64,000 bases of DNA from an uncultured Chromatiales bacterium. Its GTDB lineage: Bacteria > Pseudomonadota > Gammaproteobacteria > SZUA-140. Both the position numbers and the translations under genes were made by a program. Shown here piece after piece: positions 1-10,128 of this stretch. A model generated the notes under the pieces. It made no database searches. It saw only the letters and a program-made list of their open reading frames with translations, and was not told the origin of the DNA. The stretch is from NCBI GenBank assembly GCA_964437335.1, contig CAYTGL010000001.1:2946-66945 (forward strand). Reading direction: 5' to 3'. Numbering within the stretch: the stretch's first letter is position 1; each line of letters begins with the position of its first letter.

Positions 1-2
1 CG

Positions 3-224
3 CTGCTCGAAACGGAACTGACAGTCCGGGAGATCAGCCGGCTCAAGGCTGGAGACATCATCCCGGTCGAGCTTCCCGAGATGGTCACCGGTGTCGTCAA
101 TGATATCCCCATCGTGCGCGGCGTGTTCGGCAAATCGGAAGGCCGGAACGCGATCAAGGTTACCAATATCATCAGGACACCTTCCAACAGGCAGTTGATG
201 TCAATTACAGGAGTCAGCCAATGA
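3..224 (+). CDS. fliM: flagellar motor switch protein FliM, C-terminal fragment (window starts inside gene)
   Basis: Frame-3 translation ...LLETELTVREISRLKAGDIIPVELPEMVTGVVNDIPIVRGVFGKSEGRNAIKVTNII... resembles the FliM C-terminal (FliN-like) domain. Its stop overlaps the fliN ATG (ATGA). Conserved fliM-fliN order. Confidence 0.8.
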   Translation: MLETELTVREISRLKAGDIIPVELPEMVTGVVNDIPIVRGVFGKSEGRNAIKVTNIIRTPSNRQLMSITGVSQ

Positions 225-622
225 ACAGCATCGAACAGTCGGGAGCACAGGAATCCCGGACGGGCAGCGGCGGGAGCGATGGCGCCGACGCGCAGGACTA
301 CGCCCGCGCGGATTTCGCAAATCTCCATGCCGATGCGACGGGCGACGGCGACAATCTCGGCGTCAAGAGCCTCGACATGATCCTCGATATCCCGGTCGCC
401 GTTGCGGTCGAAATCGGGCGTACCAAGATGTCGATCAGCAACCTTCTGAAACTTAACCAGGGCTCGGTAGTCGAACTCGACCGCTTCGCCGGAGAACCGA
501 TGGACATCACGGTCAACGGCACGCTGATTGCGCACGGGGAAGTCGTCGTCGTCAACGAGAAATTCGGCATCCGCCTGACGGATATCGTCAGCGCGGCGGA
601 ACGGGTCAAGAAACTTAAATAG
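221..622 (+). CDS. fliN: flagellar motor switch protein FliN
   Basis: 133 aa. C-terminal SpoA/FliN domain (DIPVAVAVEIGRTKMSISNLLKLNQGSVVELDR...). Position between fliM and fliO. Confidence 0.9.
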   Translation: MNSIEQSGAQESRTGSGGSDGADAQDYARADFANLHADATGDGDNLGVKSLDMILDIPVAVAVEIGRTKMSISNLLKLNQGSVVELDRFAGEPMDITVNGTLIAHGEVVVVNEKFGIRLTDIVSAAERVKKLK

Positions 623-623
623 C

Positions 624-1112
624 ATGTTACGGAATTCTATGCGATTGACAATCATGGCGCGCGCGGCACTCCGTGCCTGCATGGCTCCGGTTCTTGCGAT
701 GGCCGCGCTGCCGGGAAGTGTGCTTGCCAGTGAGGCCGCCGGCGGCTACCGCGGCAGCGAGGTGATCTCGCTCGGCGGCCTGCTGCAGATGGCGACCGGC
801 CTGGTGCTGGTGCTGCTCCTGATCTTCGGCGTGGCCTGGTTCGCTAAACGGTTCGGCCGCTTCCAGGGCGTCGCGAACGACCGCTTACGCCTGATGGGCG
901 GCGTCCACCTCGGTAACCGCGAGCGGATCATCATCGTGCAGGCAGAGGACGTGCGCCTGGTGGTCGGTGTGTCCCCCGGCTGTATCCGGACCCTGCATGT
1001 GCTGGGCGCAGATGACGGGCAAGGAAACGAAACCACAGCCCGCGAAGCCGCCGCCGGCGAAAGTTTCCTCAGCAGGTTCAACCAGGAAATCAGAAAGAGA
1101 ATACAGACATGA
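624..1112 (+). CDS. fliO: flagellar biosynthesis protein FliO
   Basis: 162 aa, single TM helix ([19 protein letters not shown]). Located between fliN and fliP. Confidence 0.75.
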   Translation: MLRNSMRLTIMARAALRACMAPVLAMAALPGSVLASEAAGGYRGSEVISLGGLLQMATGLVLVLLLIFGVAWFAKRFGRFQGVANDRLRLMGGVHLGNRERIIIVQAEDVRLVVGVSPGCIRTLHVLGADDGQGNETTAREAAAGESFLSRFNQEIRKRIQT

Positions 1113-1855
1113 TCAGGCGCGTGCTCCTCATGGCAATACTGATGCTGCCGTCGGCAGCGGCGCTCGCCACAGCCGAGAACGGAATTACCGCGCTTTCGGT
1201 GACGACGACTCCGGACGGCGGCCAGACCTGGTCGCTGAGCCTGCAGATCCTCGCGCTGATGACGGTGATGTCGCTGCTGCCGGCAGCGATGATGATGATG
1301 ACCTCGTTTACGCGGATCATCATTGTGCTCGCGATCCTGCGCCAGGCGCTGGGCACGGTCCAGACACCGACCACACAGACGCTGATCGGCCTGGCGCTGT
1401 TCCTGACAGTATTCATCATGACGCCTGTGTTCACCGACGTCTACAACAACTCCGTCAAGCCATACATGGCCGAGGAGATCAGTATGGAGGAGGCGCTGGC
1501 GAAGGGCAGCGGGCCTTTCCGCGCATTCATGATGCACCAGACACGCGAGAGCGATATCAACCTGTTTGCGGAGATTTCCGGCCGTGAGGAGATCGAGAGC
1601 CGGGACGACGTGCCGTTCTCGCTGTTGATGCCGGCCTTCGTCACCAGCGAGCTGAAGACCGCGTTCCAGATCGGATTCCTGATCTTCATCCCGTTTCTGA
1701 TCATCGACCTGGTCGTCGCGAGCGTGCTGATGTCGATGGGAATGATGATGCTGTCACCGCTGATCATCTCACTGCCGTTCAAGATCATGCTGTTCGTACT
1801 CGTCGACGGCTGGGCGCTGATCCTCGGCACACTGGCGTCCAGTTTCGCAGTCTGA
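1109..1855 (+). CDS. fliP: flagellar type III export apparatus protein FliP
   Basis: 248 aa. Signal peptide plus the conserved FliP core ([19 protein letters not shown]...). Confidence 0.95.
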   Translation: MIRRVLLMAILMLPSAAALATAENGITALSVTTTPDGGQTWSLSLQILALMTVMSLLPAAMMMMTSFTRIIIVLAILRQALGTVQTPTTQTLIGLALFLTVFIMTPVFTDVYNNSVKPYMAEEISMEEALAKGSGPFRAFMMHQTRESDINLFAEISGREEIESRDDVPFSLLMPAFVTSELKTAFQIGFLIFIPFLIIDLVVASVLMSMGMMMLSPLIISLPFKIMLFVLVDGWALILGTLASSFAV

Positions 1856-1895
1856 TGCCGCCACTTCCGGAACTCTCGCTGAAGGAATCACCGCC

Positions 1896-2165
1896 ATGAC
1901 GCCGGAAACCGTTATAACGATCGGACAGAGCGCACTGACCCTGACTTCCATTATTATCGCGCTGCTATTGCTGCCGGCGCTTGGCGTCGGTCTTCTGGTC
2001 AGCATGTTTCAGGCAGCGACCCAGATCAACGAGCAGACCTTGAGCTTCATTCCCAAGCTCTTCGTCGTGCTTGCGGTGCTTTTCATCGGCGGACACTGGA
2101 TTCTGCAGTCCCTCATTCATTATACGATCAGGCTGTTCAACGACATCCCGGGCCTGATCGGCTGA
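1896..2165 (+). CDS. fliQ: flagellar export apparatus protein FliQ
   Basis: 89 aa two-TM protein. Conserved position. Confidence 0.9.
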   Translation: MTPETVITIGQSALTLTSIIIALLLLPALGVGLLVSMFQAATQINEQTLSFIPKLFVVLAVLFIGGHWILQSLIHYTIRLFNDIPGLIG

Positions 2166-2190
2166 CGGGCACGGACAGGAGTAACGATCC

Positions 2191-2964
2191 GTGACCATCG
2201 CCCTCGAACAGCTGACAGTATGGATAACCGGCTTTCTGTGGCCGTTCTTCCGCGTTGCGGCGTTGATCACGATGGTTCCGCTGCTCGGCATGAGGACGAT
2301 TCCGGTGACTTTCCGCATAGGCCTCGCAATCGCGATCACGCTCGTCATCATGCCGCTGCTGCCGCCGGTCCCGGCGATCGATCCGGTCAGCAGCGAAGGG
2401 CTGGTGATCATCGCCTGTCAGCTCATGATCGGTCTCGCGATGGGATTTTTTATCCGGATGGTGTTCAGTGCGATTGAGACCGCCGGCGGCGTGATCGGCA
2501 TGACCATGGGTCTCGGCTTCGCGCAGATGATGGATCCGGTCAACGGCATCACGGTGCCGGTCGTCAGCCAGCTCTACACGATCATGGCGACCCTGTTATT
2601 TTTCACGCTGAACGGTCATTTGATCCTGATTGAGATCCTCGCTGACAGTTTTTACGTGATACCGGTGGCGCCCGCTGCGATCAACGAAGGCGGACTGTGG
2701 CTGTTGCTGAACTGGGCCGGCTGGATTTTCAAAGGCGCGATCATCATCGCCTTGCCGGCGGTTGCGGCGCTGCTGCTGGTAAATATCTCGTTCGGTGTCA
2801 TGATGCGGGCGGCGCCGCAGCTCAACATATTCGCGATTGGTTTCCCGCTGACGCTGATGCTCGGATTCATATTCATTCTGGTCTCCTTGCCGATGTTCTA
2901 CCCGCAGTTCTCCAATCTTCTGGACGGCGCCTATTTCTCCATCCGCGGCATGATGGTCGAGTAG
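2191..2964 (+). CDS. fliR: flagellar export apparatus protein FliR
   Basis: 257 aa polytopic membrane protein following fliQ. Confidence 0.9.
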   Translation: MTIALEQLTVWITGFLWPFFRVAALITMVPLLGMRTIPVTFRIGLAIAITLVIMPLLPPVPAIDPVSSEGLVIIACQLMIGLAMGFFIRMVFSAIETAGGVIGMTMGLGFAQMMDPVNGITVPVVSQLYTIMATLLFFTLNGHLILIEILADSFYVIPVAPAAINEGGLWLLLNWAGWIFKGAIIIALPAVAALLLVNISFGVMMRAAPQLNIFAIGFPLTLMLGFIFILVSLPMFYPQFSNLLDGAYFSIRGMMVE

Positions 2965-2968
2965 CCCG

Positions 2969-4096
2969 ATGGCAGAGAAACCGGCCCAGGAAAGAACCGA
3001 ACAACCCACGCCCAAACGCCTGCAACAGGCGAAGGAAAAGGGGCAGGTCGCGCGTTCGCGCGAACTTACGACGATGGTCGTTCTTCTGGTCTCGGCGGTG
3101 TCGCTGATCATGATCGGCGACAACATCATTTCGGGGATGCTCGGCGTCATGCATGACGCTTTCGAGGCGCCGCGCTCAGACCTGATGGATCCGAACATGG
3201 CGCCGGTCAAACTGGAGCAGGCGATATTCGACGCCGTCCTCGCCCTGTTGCCATTCCTCGCGCTCGTCCTGGCTGCCGCGCTGATCGCACCGATGGCGAT
3301 CAGCGGCTGGTCATTCAGCACCAAGGCCATGGCCTTCAAGTGGGACAAGCTCGACCCGGTCAAGGGCCTCGGCCGCATCTTCTCTGCGCGCGCCCTGGTC
3401 GAGCTGTTGAAGGCGCTCGCCAAATTCCTCGTCGTCCTCGTGATCGCCCTGATCTTTCTCTGGTTCAATGTCGACTCGATGCTCGGCCTCGGCGCGCAGT
3501 CGGCTGAACCTGCCCTCGGCAACGCCGGCAGCATTCTGGTTTGGGCCTTCCTGTTCCTGAGCTCGGCGATGATCCTGATCGCGGCGGTCGACGTCCCGTT
3601 CCAGCTCTGGGACCACCAGCGTCAGCTGCGCATGACCCGGCAGGAAATCAGGGACGAATTCAAGGAAACCGACGGCAGCCCGGAAGTGAAGCGCCGGGTC
3701 CGCGAGGTCCGCAACGAGATCATGCGGCGGCGCATGATGGACGCGATCCCGACCGCCGACGTCGTCATCACGAACCCGACGCATTTCGCGGTTGCGCTCA
3801 AATATGACCAGAACAAGATGTCCGCCCCGGTTGTCGTCGCCAAAGGCCAGGATCTCGTCGCGTTGCATATCCGCAATCTCGCGATCAAGCACAAGGTGCC
3901 TATCATTTCGGCGCCGCCACTGTCGCGCGCGCTGTTCTACAGCACTGAACTGCAGCAGCGTATCCCGTCCGGCCTGTTCCTGGCAGTCGCCCAGGTCCTC
4001 GCCTACGCCTACCAACTGCGCCGCCACCCGCACAAGCGCCGCAGCGAGGCCTTCGATGATCTCCCGATCCCGGAAGATCTGCGCGTGGACGAATAA
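2969..4096 (+). CDS. flhB: flagellar export apparatus switch protein FlhB
   Basis: 375 aa. N-terminal MAEKPAQERTEQPTPKRLQ... and the NPTH autocleavage motif (VITNPTHFAVAL). Confidence 0.95.
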   Translation: MAEKPAQERTEQPTPKRLQQAKEKGQVARSRELTTMVVLLVSAVSLIMIGDNIISGMLGVMHDAFEAPRSDLMDPNMAPVKLEQAIFDAVLALLPFLALVLAAALIAPMAISGWSFSTKAMAFKWDKLDPVKGLGRIFSARALVELLKALAKFLVVLVIALIFLWFNVDSMLGLGAQSAEPALGNAGSILVWAFLFLSSAMILIAAVDVPFQLWDHQRQLRMTRQEIRDEFKETDGSPEVKRRVREVRNEIMRRRMMDAIPTADVVITNPTHFAVALKYDQNKMSAPVVVAKGQDLVALHIRNLAIKHKVPIISAPPLSRALFYSTELQQRIPSGLFLAVAQVLAYAYQLRRHPHKRRSEAFDDLPIPEDLRVDE

Positions 4097-4302
4097 AAAA
4101 ACGGCGAATGTGGAATGAATCTTGAAGGAAAGCGAACGTGGAACGGCACAGGGTCTGCGGAGGTTGGCGGGAAGCGCCTGACGAGACCGTTGGCCGCATG
4201 GATGCGGCCGTCGAGCCTACAGGGATGTATTTACGGCGTGTCCCGTCAGGCGCTTCCCGCCAACCTTCACCACTGACATAAAAGAGCGATCGAGGCACAG
4301 CA

Positions 4303-6405
4303 ATGAACAACGCAAACGTAATGAACGGCATTCAGCTTTTCAGCCGCAATGCCATGCTCGGCGCGCCGATCCTGCTGATGGTGCTGCTGATGATGCTGGT
4401 GGTGCCGATGCCGCCGCTGATGCTCGATATCTTCTTCACGTTCAATATCGCGCTGTCGCTGGTCGTGCTGCTGGCCTGCGTCTACAGCGGTCGCCCGCTC
4501 GCGTTCGCGACGTTCCCGACCGTCCTGCTGCTCGCGACGCTGCTGCGGCTCGCGCTGAATGTCGCGTCGACCCGCGTCGTGCTGCTCGAGGGTCATACCG
4601 GCACCGGCGCCGCCGGCAAGGTCATCGAATCCTTTGGCACCTTCGTCGTCGGCGGCAGCTATGCCGTCGGCCTCGTCGTGTTCGTGATCCTCGTCATCAT
4701 CAACTTCATCGTCGTGACCAAGGGCGCCGGCCGCATCTCCGAGGTCAGCGCGCGCTTCACCCTCGACGCGATGCCCGGCAAGCAGATGGCGATCGACGCC
4801 GATCTCAACGCCGGCCTCATCGACCAGAAAGAGGCCAGGCGCCGGCGCGACGATGTCGTCGCGGAGGCGGATTTCTACGGTTCGATGGACGGCGCGAGCA
4901 AGTTCGTGCGCGGCGACGCGATCGCCGGCATTCTGATCCTGCTGATCACGATCATCGGCGGATTGGCGATCGGCATACTGCAGCACGACCTGTCCTTCGG
5001 CGATGCGGTCCGGAACTACACGCTGCTGACGATCGGCGACGGGCTCGTCGCGCAGATCCCGCTGCTGGTCCTGTCGACGGCGACCGCGATCATGGTGACG
5101 CGCGTGTCCCAGGAGCAGGACATGGGGGCGCAGATGCTCGGACAGATGTTCGAGAACCCGCGCGCGCTCGGCGTCGCCGGCGGCGTGCTGACGATATTCG
5201 GCCTGATTCCCGGCATGCCGAATACGGTCTTTCTGGCGCTCGGCGCCGCCGCAGGCGCCGGCAGCTGGCTGATCTACCGGCGCGGCGCGGGATCGTCCGC
5301 GCGCAGAAAACAGGCGGAGGACCGCGCGGCGCTGCCCGCGGAAGCCGTCGCGCCGGAAAACCGCGACCTGAGCTGGGACGACGTGGTCCCGGTCGACTCG
5401 ATCGGACTCGAGGTTGGATACCGCCTGATCCCGCTCGTCGACAAGAACCAGGGCGGACAACTGATGCCGAGGATCAAGGGCGTACGCCGGAAGCTGACGC
5501 AGGAGGTCGGCTTCCTGATCCCGTCGGTACATATACGGGACAATCTCGAACTCTCGCCGAACGCCTATCGCATCACGCTGTTCGGCGTCACGGTCGGCGA
5601 GGCCGAGGTCTATCCGGACCGCGAGCTCGCGATCAACCCCGGTCAGGTCTTCGGCAAGCTGCCCGGTATCGCAACGCGCGATCCGGCCTTCGGCATGGAT
5701 GCGGTGTGGATCGAGCAGAACCAGCGCGATCAGGCCCAGACCCTCGGCTACACCGTCGTTGACACCAGCACGGTCATTGCAACCCACCTGAACCATATCC
5801 TGCAGACCCATACGCACGAACTGCTCGGCCGCGAGGAGGTGCAGCAGTTGCTCGAGGCCCTCGGACGGTCCTCGCCCAAGCTCGTCGAGGGCCTGGTGCC
5901 GGACACCTTGTCGCTCGGGGTCTTGCAGAAGGTGCTGCGCAATCTGCTCGAAGAGCGGATACCGCTCCGGGACATGCGGACCATCGCCGAGAGCCTCGCC
6001 GCGAATGCTCAACTCAGTCAAAACCCCGGCGATCTGACCGCGATCGTACGCGTCGCACTGGGTCGAATGATTATACAGAATATCAACGGCTTGGATCAGC
6101 AACTGCCAGTGATTACGCTGGACCAGACTTTGGAACACTTATTGCTTGAAAGCCTGAGAGCGCAGGGCGCAGGCGGCATGACGCTGGAACCGGGACTTGC
6201 GGAAAAGTTGCACCAGTCCCTGATCGATGCCGCGCAACGTCAGGAACTCGCAGGGCAACCGGTGGTGTTGCTGGTGTCCGCGGCGCTCAGGCAGATGCTG
6301 ACGCGCTTCATTCGGCACTCGATCGCGAACATGCATGTGATCTCGTATGACGAGATACCGGACAACAAGCAGATCAGGATAGTCGCCAGCATCGGGCGGC
6401 CGTAA
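4303..6405 (+). CDS. flhA: flagellar export apparatus protein FlhA
   Basis: 700 aa. Eight-TM N-terminal domain plus cytoplasmic domain, FHIPEP-family pattern. Confidence 0.95.
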   Translation: MNNANVMNGIQLFSRNAMLGAPILLMVLLMMLVVPMPPLMLDIFFTFNIALSLVVLLACVYSGRPLAFATFPTVLLLATLLRLALNVASTRVVLLEGHTGTGAAGKVIESFGTFVVGGSYAVGLVVFVILVIINFIVVTKGAGRISEVSARFTLDAMPGKQMAIDADLNAGLIDQKEARRRRDDVVAEADFYGSMDGASKFVRGDAIAGILILLITIIGGLAIGILQHDLSFGDAVRNYTLLTIGDGLVAQIPLLVLSTATAIMVTRVSQEQDMGAQMLGQMFENPRALGVAGGVLTIFGLIPGMPNTVFLALGAAAGAGSWLIYRRGAGSSARRKQAEDRAALPAEAVAPENRDLSWDDVVPVDSIGLEVGYRLIPLVDKNQGGQLMPRIKGVRRKLTQEVGFLIPSVHIRDNLELSPNAYRITLFGVTVGEAEVYPDRELAINPGQVFGKLPGIATRDPAFGMDAVWIEQNQRDQAQTLGYTVVDTSTVIATHLNHILQTHTHELLGREEVQQLLEALGRSSPKLVEGLVPDTLSLGVLQKVLRNLLEERIPLRDMRTIAESLAANAQLSQNPGDLTAIVRVALGRMIIQNINGLDQQLPVITLDQTLEHLLLESLRAQGAGGMTLEPGLAEKLHQSLIDAAQRQELAGQPVVLLVSAALRQMLTRFIRHSIANMHVISYDEIPDNKQIRIVASIGRP

Positions 6406-6465
6406 TACGGATACGACGGCATCCGCCGGAGTCCGGGAAGTCGCCAAACAGAAGAGAGACGGGAG

Positions 6466-7695
6466 ATGAAGATCAAGCGATTTTTTGCCCCCGATATCCG
6501 CCAGGCCATGCGCATGGTGCGGGAAGAGCAGGGCCCGGACGCCGTGATCCTGTCGAACAACCGGGTCAATGGCGGTGTCGAGATCGTCGCCGCAATCGAC
6601 TTCGACGCGGGTTTGTTCCCGGTGCAAGAAACCCCGGCGCCTGCCAGATCGGAACGCGATTCCTCGATTGCCGAGCCGGAAATCACTGCGCCGGTCGAAA
6701 CAGAAAACACCCGACCGCAGTCCGCCTCACAAGCCGGTAACATGTGGAGCCAGGAACCTACGCTGATCGAGATGCGGACCGAGCTCAATGCCTTGCGCCG
6801 CATGCTCGAAGGCCAGCTGTCGAGCCTCGCCTGGGGTCAGTTCGCGCGCAGCGAGCCCGGGCGGGTCGAACTGATCCAGCACCTGATGCAGCTCGGCATG
6901 AGCGCCGCGCAGTCGCGGGCGATCGCTGACATGGCCTGGCAAAAAGATACAGGCGCGGAGGAGGCCTGGAACGGCGCGCTCGCGATCATCACCCGTGGCA
7001 TTCCGATATATGGAGGAGACATCTTTCGTGACGGCGGCATCGTCGCGCTGGTCGGTCCCACCGGCGTAGGTAAAACGACGACGGTCGCCAAGCTCGCAGC
7101 GCGCTACGCACTGCAGCACGGCAGGCGCAACGTCGCGCTGGTGACTACCGACAACTACCGCGTCGGGGCTTTCGAACAACTGAAGACTTACGGCCGGATA
7201 CTCGATATCCCGGTCAGGATTGCGGACGGCCGGGACGAACTGCACCGCGTGCTTGACGACCTGTCGGATCGCCGGCTTGTGCTGATCGACACGATGGGGA
7301 TGAGTCAGCATGACAGCGGCCTGCCGGGCCAGGCGGGGCTGCTGGACAAGGCGGACTTTGCGAAGAAGGTATTCCTGCTGTTGTCCGCAACCAACCGCTA
7401 TTCGGGTCTCGATGACGTCGTGACCTCTTTCGCGTCGTTCAATCCCGATGCCTGCATTCTTACCAAGATCGACGAGTCGACCTGTCTCGGCGGGGCGCTC
7501 AGTATTGCGGTCAAGCACCAGCTCCCGATAGCGCATGTCAGTGATGGACAGCGCGTGCCGGAGGATCTCCATCCGGCGCGCGCCGACGCGCTGGTTTCAC
7601 GAGCAGTCGAGATCATGAAGCAGACCGGTTCCCTGATCAATGAGGATCTGATGACACTCAGTTTCGGAAAGGAAATTGCCAATGCTCGTTTCTGA
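6466..7695 (+). CDS. flhF: flagellar biosynthesis GTPase FlhF (SRP-type)
   Basis: 409 aa. G1 motif GPTGVGKTTT, SRP54-type GTPase domain (DTMGMSQHD). Follows flhA. Confidence 0.9.
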   Translation: MKIKRFFAPDIRQAMRMVREEQGPDAVILSNNRVNGGVEIVAAIDFDAGLFPVQETPAPARSERDSSIAEPEITAPVETENTRPQSASQAGNMWSQEPTLIEMRTELNALRRMLEGQLSSLAWGQFARSEPGRVELIQHLMQLGMSAAQSRAIADMAWQKDTGAEEAWNGALAIITRGIPIYGGDIFRDGGIVALVGPTGVGKTTTVAKLAARYALQHGRRNVALVTTDNYRVGAFEQLKTYGRILDIPVRIADGRDELHRVLDDLSDRRLVLIDTMGMSQHDSGLPGQAGLLDKADFAKKVFLLLSATNRYSGLDDVVTSFASFNPDACILTKIDESTCLGGALSIAVKHQLPIAHVSDGQRVPEDLHPARADALVSRAVEIMKQTGSLINEDLMTLSFGKEIANARF

Positions 7696-8581
7696 TGCAG
7701 GTATCTCCCAGATTGCCGGGCTAAGGCGCATGACGCAAACCCGGCCGGTCAAGGTCATCGCGGTGACCAGCGGCAAGGGCGGGGTCGGGAAGACCAATGT
7801 CTCGGTGAATCTCGGCGTCGCGATCGCGCTGTGCGGCAAGCAGGTGCTGCTGTTCGACGCGGACCTGGGCCTGGCCAATGTCGATGTCCTGCTCGGCCTG
7901 CAGGCGGCCGGCAACCTGTCGCATGTGATCAGCGGAGAACTCGATCTCGAGGAGATCCTGCTTGACGGCCCCTCCGGGCTGCGCATCATCCCGGCCGCAT
8001 CCGGCATTCAGCGCATGGCGGAGCTCAGTCATGCCGAGCATGCGGGTTTGATACGCGCCTTCAGCGGACTTAGTTTCAGTCCTGATGTACTGCTGATCGA
8101 TACGGCGGCAGGGATATCGGACAGCATCGTCACCTTCAGCCGGGCCGCGCACGAGGTGCTGGTGGTGGTCTGCGACGAGCCGGCTTCGATTACCGATGCC
8201 TATGCGATGATCAAGCTGCTGAACCGCGACTACGGCATCTACCGTTTCCGGGTGCTGGCGAACATGGTGCGCAGTACCCAGGAGGGACTGGAACTGTTCA
8301 GGAAATTGAGCAAGGTCTCCGATCGCTTCCTCGACGTAACCCTGGATTATTGCGGTGCGATCCCGCACGACGAGTATTTGCGCAAGGCCGTGCAGCGGCA
8401 GCGCGCCGTCATCGATGCGTACCCGCGCAGCAAGGCGGCGCAGGCCTTCGGCAAACTGGCGCAGAGGGTTACGCAGTGGCCGGCGCCGGCAGCGGCGACC
8501 GGTTCGATAGAGTTTTTTGTGGAAAGGTTGTTCAACGGGAATGACATCACCATGAAGGCGGCAGGCAACCGAAATGAATAA
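7676..8581 (+). CDS. fleN: MinD/ParA-family flagellar number regulator FleN/FlhG
   Basis: Deviant Walker A (VTSGKGGVGKTNVSVNL). Positioned between flhF and fliA. Start may be the internal Met (MTQTRPV). Confidence 0.85.
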   Translation: MPMLVSDAGISQIAGLRRMTQTRPVKVIAVTSGKGGVGKTNVSVNLGVAIALCGKQVLLFDADLGLANVDVLLGLQAAGNLSHVISGELDLEEILLDGPSGLRIIPAASGIQRMAELSHAEHAGLIRAFSGLSFSPDVLLIDTAAGISDSIVTFSRAAHEVLVVVCDEPASITDAYAMIKLLNRDYGIYRFRVLANMVRSTQEGLELFRKLSKVSDRFLDVTLDYCGAIPHDEYLRKAVQRQRAVIDAYPRSKAAQAFGKLAQRVTQWPAPAAATGSIEFFVERLFNGNDITMKAAGNRNE

Positions 8582-9311
8582 ACCAGCTATGTATGCATCG
8601 ACCGAAGAAGATTACAAAGGCTACGAAAATCTGGTGACGCAGTACGCCTCCCTCGTGAAGCGCATTGCCTACCACATCATGAGCCGCCTGCCGCCGAGCG
8701 TTCAGGTCGATGACCTGATCCAGGCCGGCATGATCGGTCTGCTCGAGGCCGCGCGAAACTACGACGCCGATCAGGGCGCGAGTTTCGAAACCTATGCAGG
8801 TATTCGCATTCGCGGCGCGATGCTCGACGAGATTCGCAAGGGCGACTGGGCGCCGCGCTCGGTGCATCGCAAGGCGCGCCAGGTCGCCGATGCGGTCAGA
8901 GTGATCGAGAACAACACCGGGCGTGACGCACGGGATCATGAAGTCGCGAAGCTGCTGAACATGTCGCTCGACGAGTATCACAAGACGCTGCAGGATGCGA
9001 GCGGCTGCCGCCTCCTGAGCTTTGAGGAAATGGGCATGAGCGAGGATTCGGTGCCTTCGCGCCTTGGCAGATCCGACGGGGGACCGTTCGAAGGCGTGCA
9101 GCGCGATGATTTCAAGCGCAATCTCGCGGAAGCGATCGCCGGTCTGCCCGATCGGGAACGGCTGGTCCTGACCCTTTATTACGATGAGGATCTCAACTTG
9201 CGCGAGATCGGCGCGGTCATCGGTGTCAGCGAGTCGCGTGTCAGCCAGATTCACAGCCAGGCGCTGATTCGGCTGCAGGCCAGGCTCGGCCACTGGCGCA
9301 CGAACGACTGA
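8574..9311 (+). CDS. fliA: flagellar sigma factor FliA (sigma-28)
   Basis: 245 aa. Sigma-70 regions 2, 3 and 4 (DLIQAGMIGLLEAARNYD...; region-4 HTH LREIGAVIGVSESRVSQIHSQAL). Confidence 0.9.
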   Translation: MNKPAMYASTEEDYKGYENLVTQYASLVKRIAYHIMSRLPPSVQVDDLIQAGMIGLLEAARNYDADQGASFETYAGIRIRGAMLDEIRKGDWAPRSVHRKARQVADAVRVIENNTGRDARDHEVAKLLNMSLDEYHKTLQDASGCRLLSFEEMGMSEDSVPSRLGRSDGGPFEGVQRDDFKRNLAEAIAGLPDRERLVLTLYYDEDLNLREIGAVIGVSESRVSQIHSQALIRLQARLGHWRTND

Positions 9312-9369
9312 GGATGCGTGTGCGATGCGCGAGTCGGATGCGTGAGGCCCTGAAAGCGGAGATCAGTCC

Positions 9370-10110
9370 TTGGATCTGTTGAGTATCATCGGGATTTCCC
9401 TCGGCCTGTTGGCGGTTTTCGGCGGTTCTATCGCGAAAGGGAGCGGTCTCGGGGCGCTGTGGAATCTCGCGGCCCTGATCATCGTCTTCGCGGGAACCCT
9501 GGCCGCGGTGCTGCTGCAGACGCCATTGAAGGTGTTTCTGCATTCGATCAGGATCGTCCCCTGGCTGATGAAGCCGCCGCATATCGATCCCGGCGGCGTC
9601 ATCGACAAGATCGTCGGCTGGAGCAACATCGCCCGCAAGGAAGGCCTGCTCGGACTCGAATCTCTGGTCGAGCAAGAGTCCGATTCATTTTCGCAGAAGG
9701 GGCTGCAACTGCTGGTCGATGGCAGCGAGCCGGAGGTCATCCGCAAAATCCTCGAAGTTGAATTGACCAGCCGCGAAGAGTTCGACAAGCATGCCGCCGG
9801 CGTATTCGAAGGCATGGGCATCTACGCCCCGACGCTCGGTATCATCGGCGCGGTCATGGGTCTGATGGCTGTAATGCAGAACCTGTCCGATCCCAGCAAG
9901 CTCGGCCCCGGCATTGCGGCGGCCTTCGTCGCGACGATCTACGGAATCGCTTCGGCCAACCTGTTGTTTTTGCCGATGGCCAACAAGCTCAAGACCCATG
10001 TGAAGCACCAGACCCAGTTTCGGGAAATGATCATCGACGGCATCATCTCGATCGCCGAGGGCGAGAATCCGCGCAATATCGAGACCAAGCTCAGAAGCTA
10101 CCTGCAGTAA
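9370..10110 (+). CDS. motA: flagellar stator protein MotA/PomA family (MotC-like)
   Basis: 246 aa, four TM helices, MotA/TolQ/ExbB signature. TTG start. Immediately downstream of fliA, as in Pseudomonas motCD. Confidence 0.85.
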   Translation: MDLLSIIGISLGLLAVFGGSIAKGSGLGALWNLAALIIVFAGTLAAVLLQTPLKVFLHSIRIVPWLMKPPHIDPGGVIDKIVGWSNIARKEGLLGLESLVEQESDSFSQKGLQLLVDGSEPEVIRKILEVELTSREEFDKHAAGVFEGMGIYAPTLGIIGAVMGLMAVMQNLSDPSKLGPGIAAAFVATIYGIASANLLFLPMANKLKTHVKHQTQFREMIIDGIISIAEGENPRNIETKLRSYLQ

Positions 10111-10128
10111 CGGCGCGGGGATCATCCT

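Noticed and set aside
746-1537. 263-aa minus-strand ORF across fliO/fliP
   Set aside because: Antisense to conserved flagellar genes. His/Arg-rich junk translation.
4267-6138. 623-aa ORF on the minus strand spanning flhA
   Set aside because: Entirely antisense to the well-supported flhA. Low-complexity Arg/Gly/Asp-rich translation typical of high-GC antisense frames; no domain.
9312-9369. Sigma-28 promoter (TAAAG-N15-GCCGATAA) upstream of motA or the DUF2802 gene
   Set aside because: No convincing match by eye in the short intergenic regions. Left uncalled.
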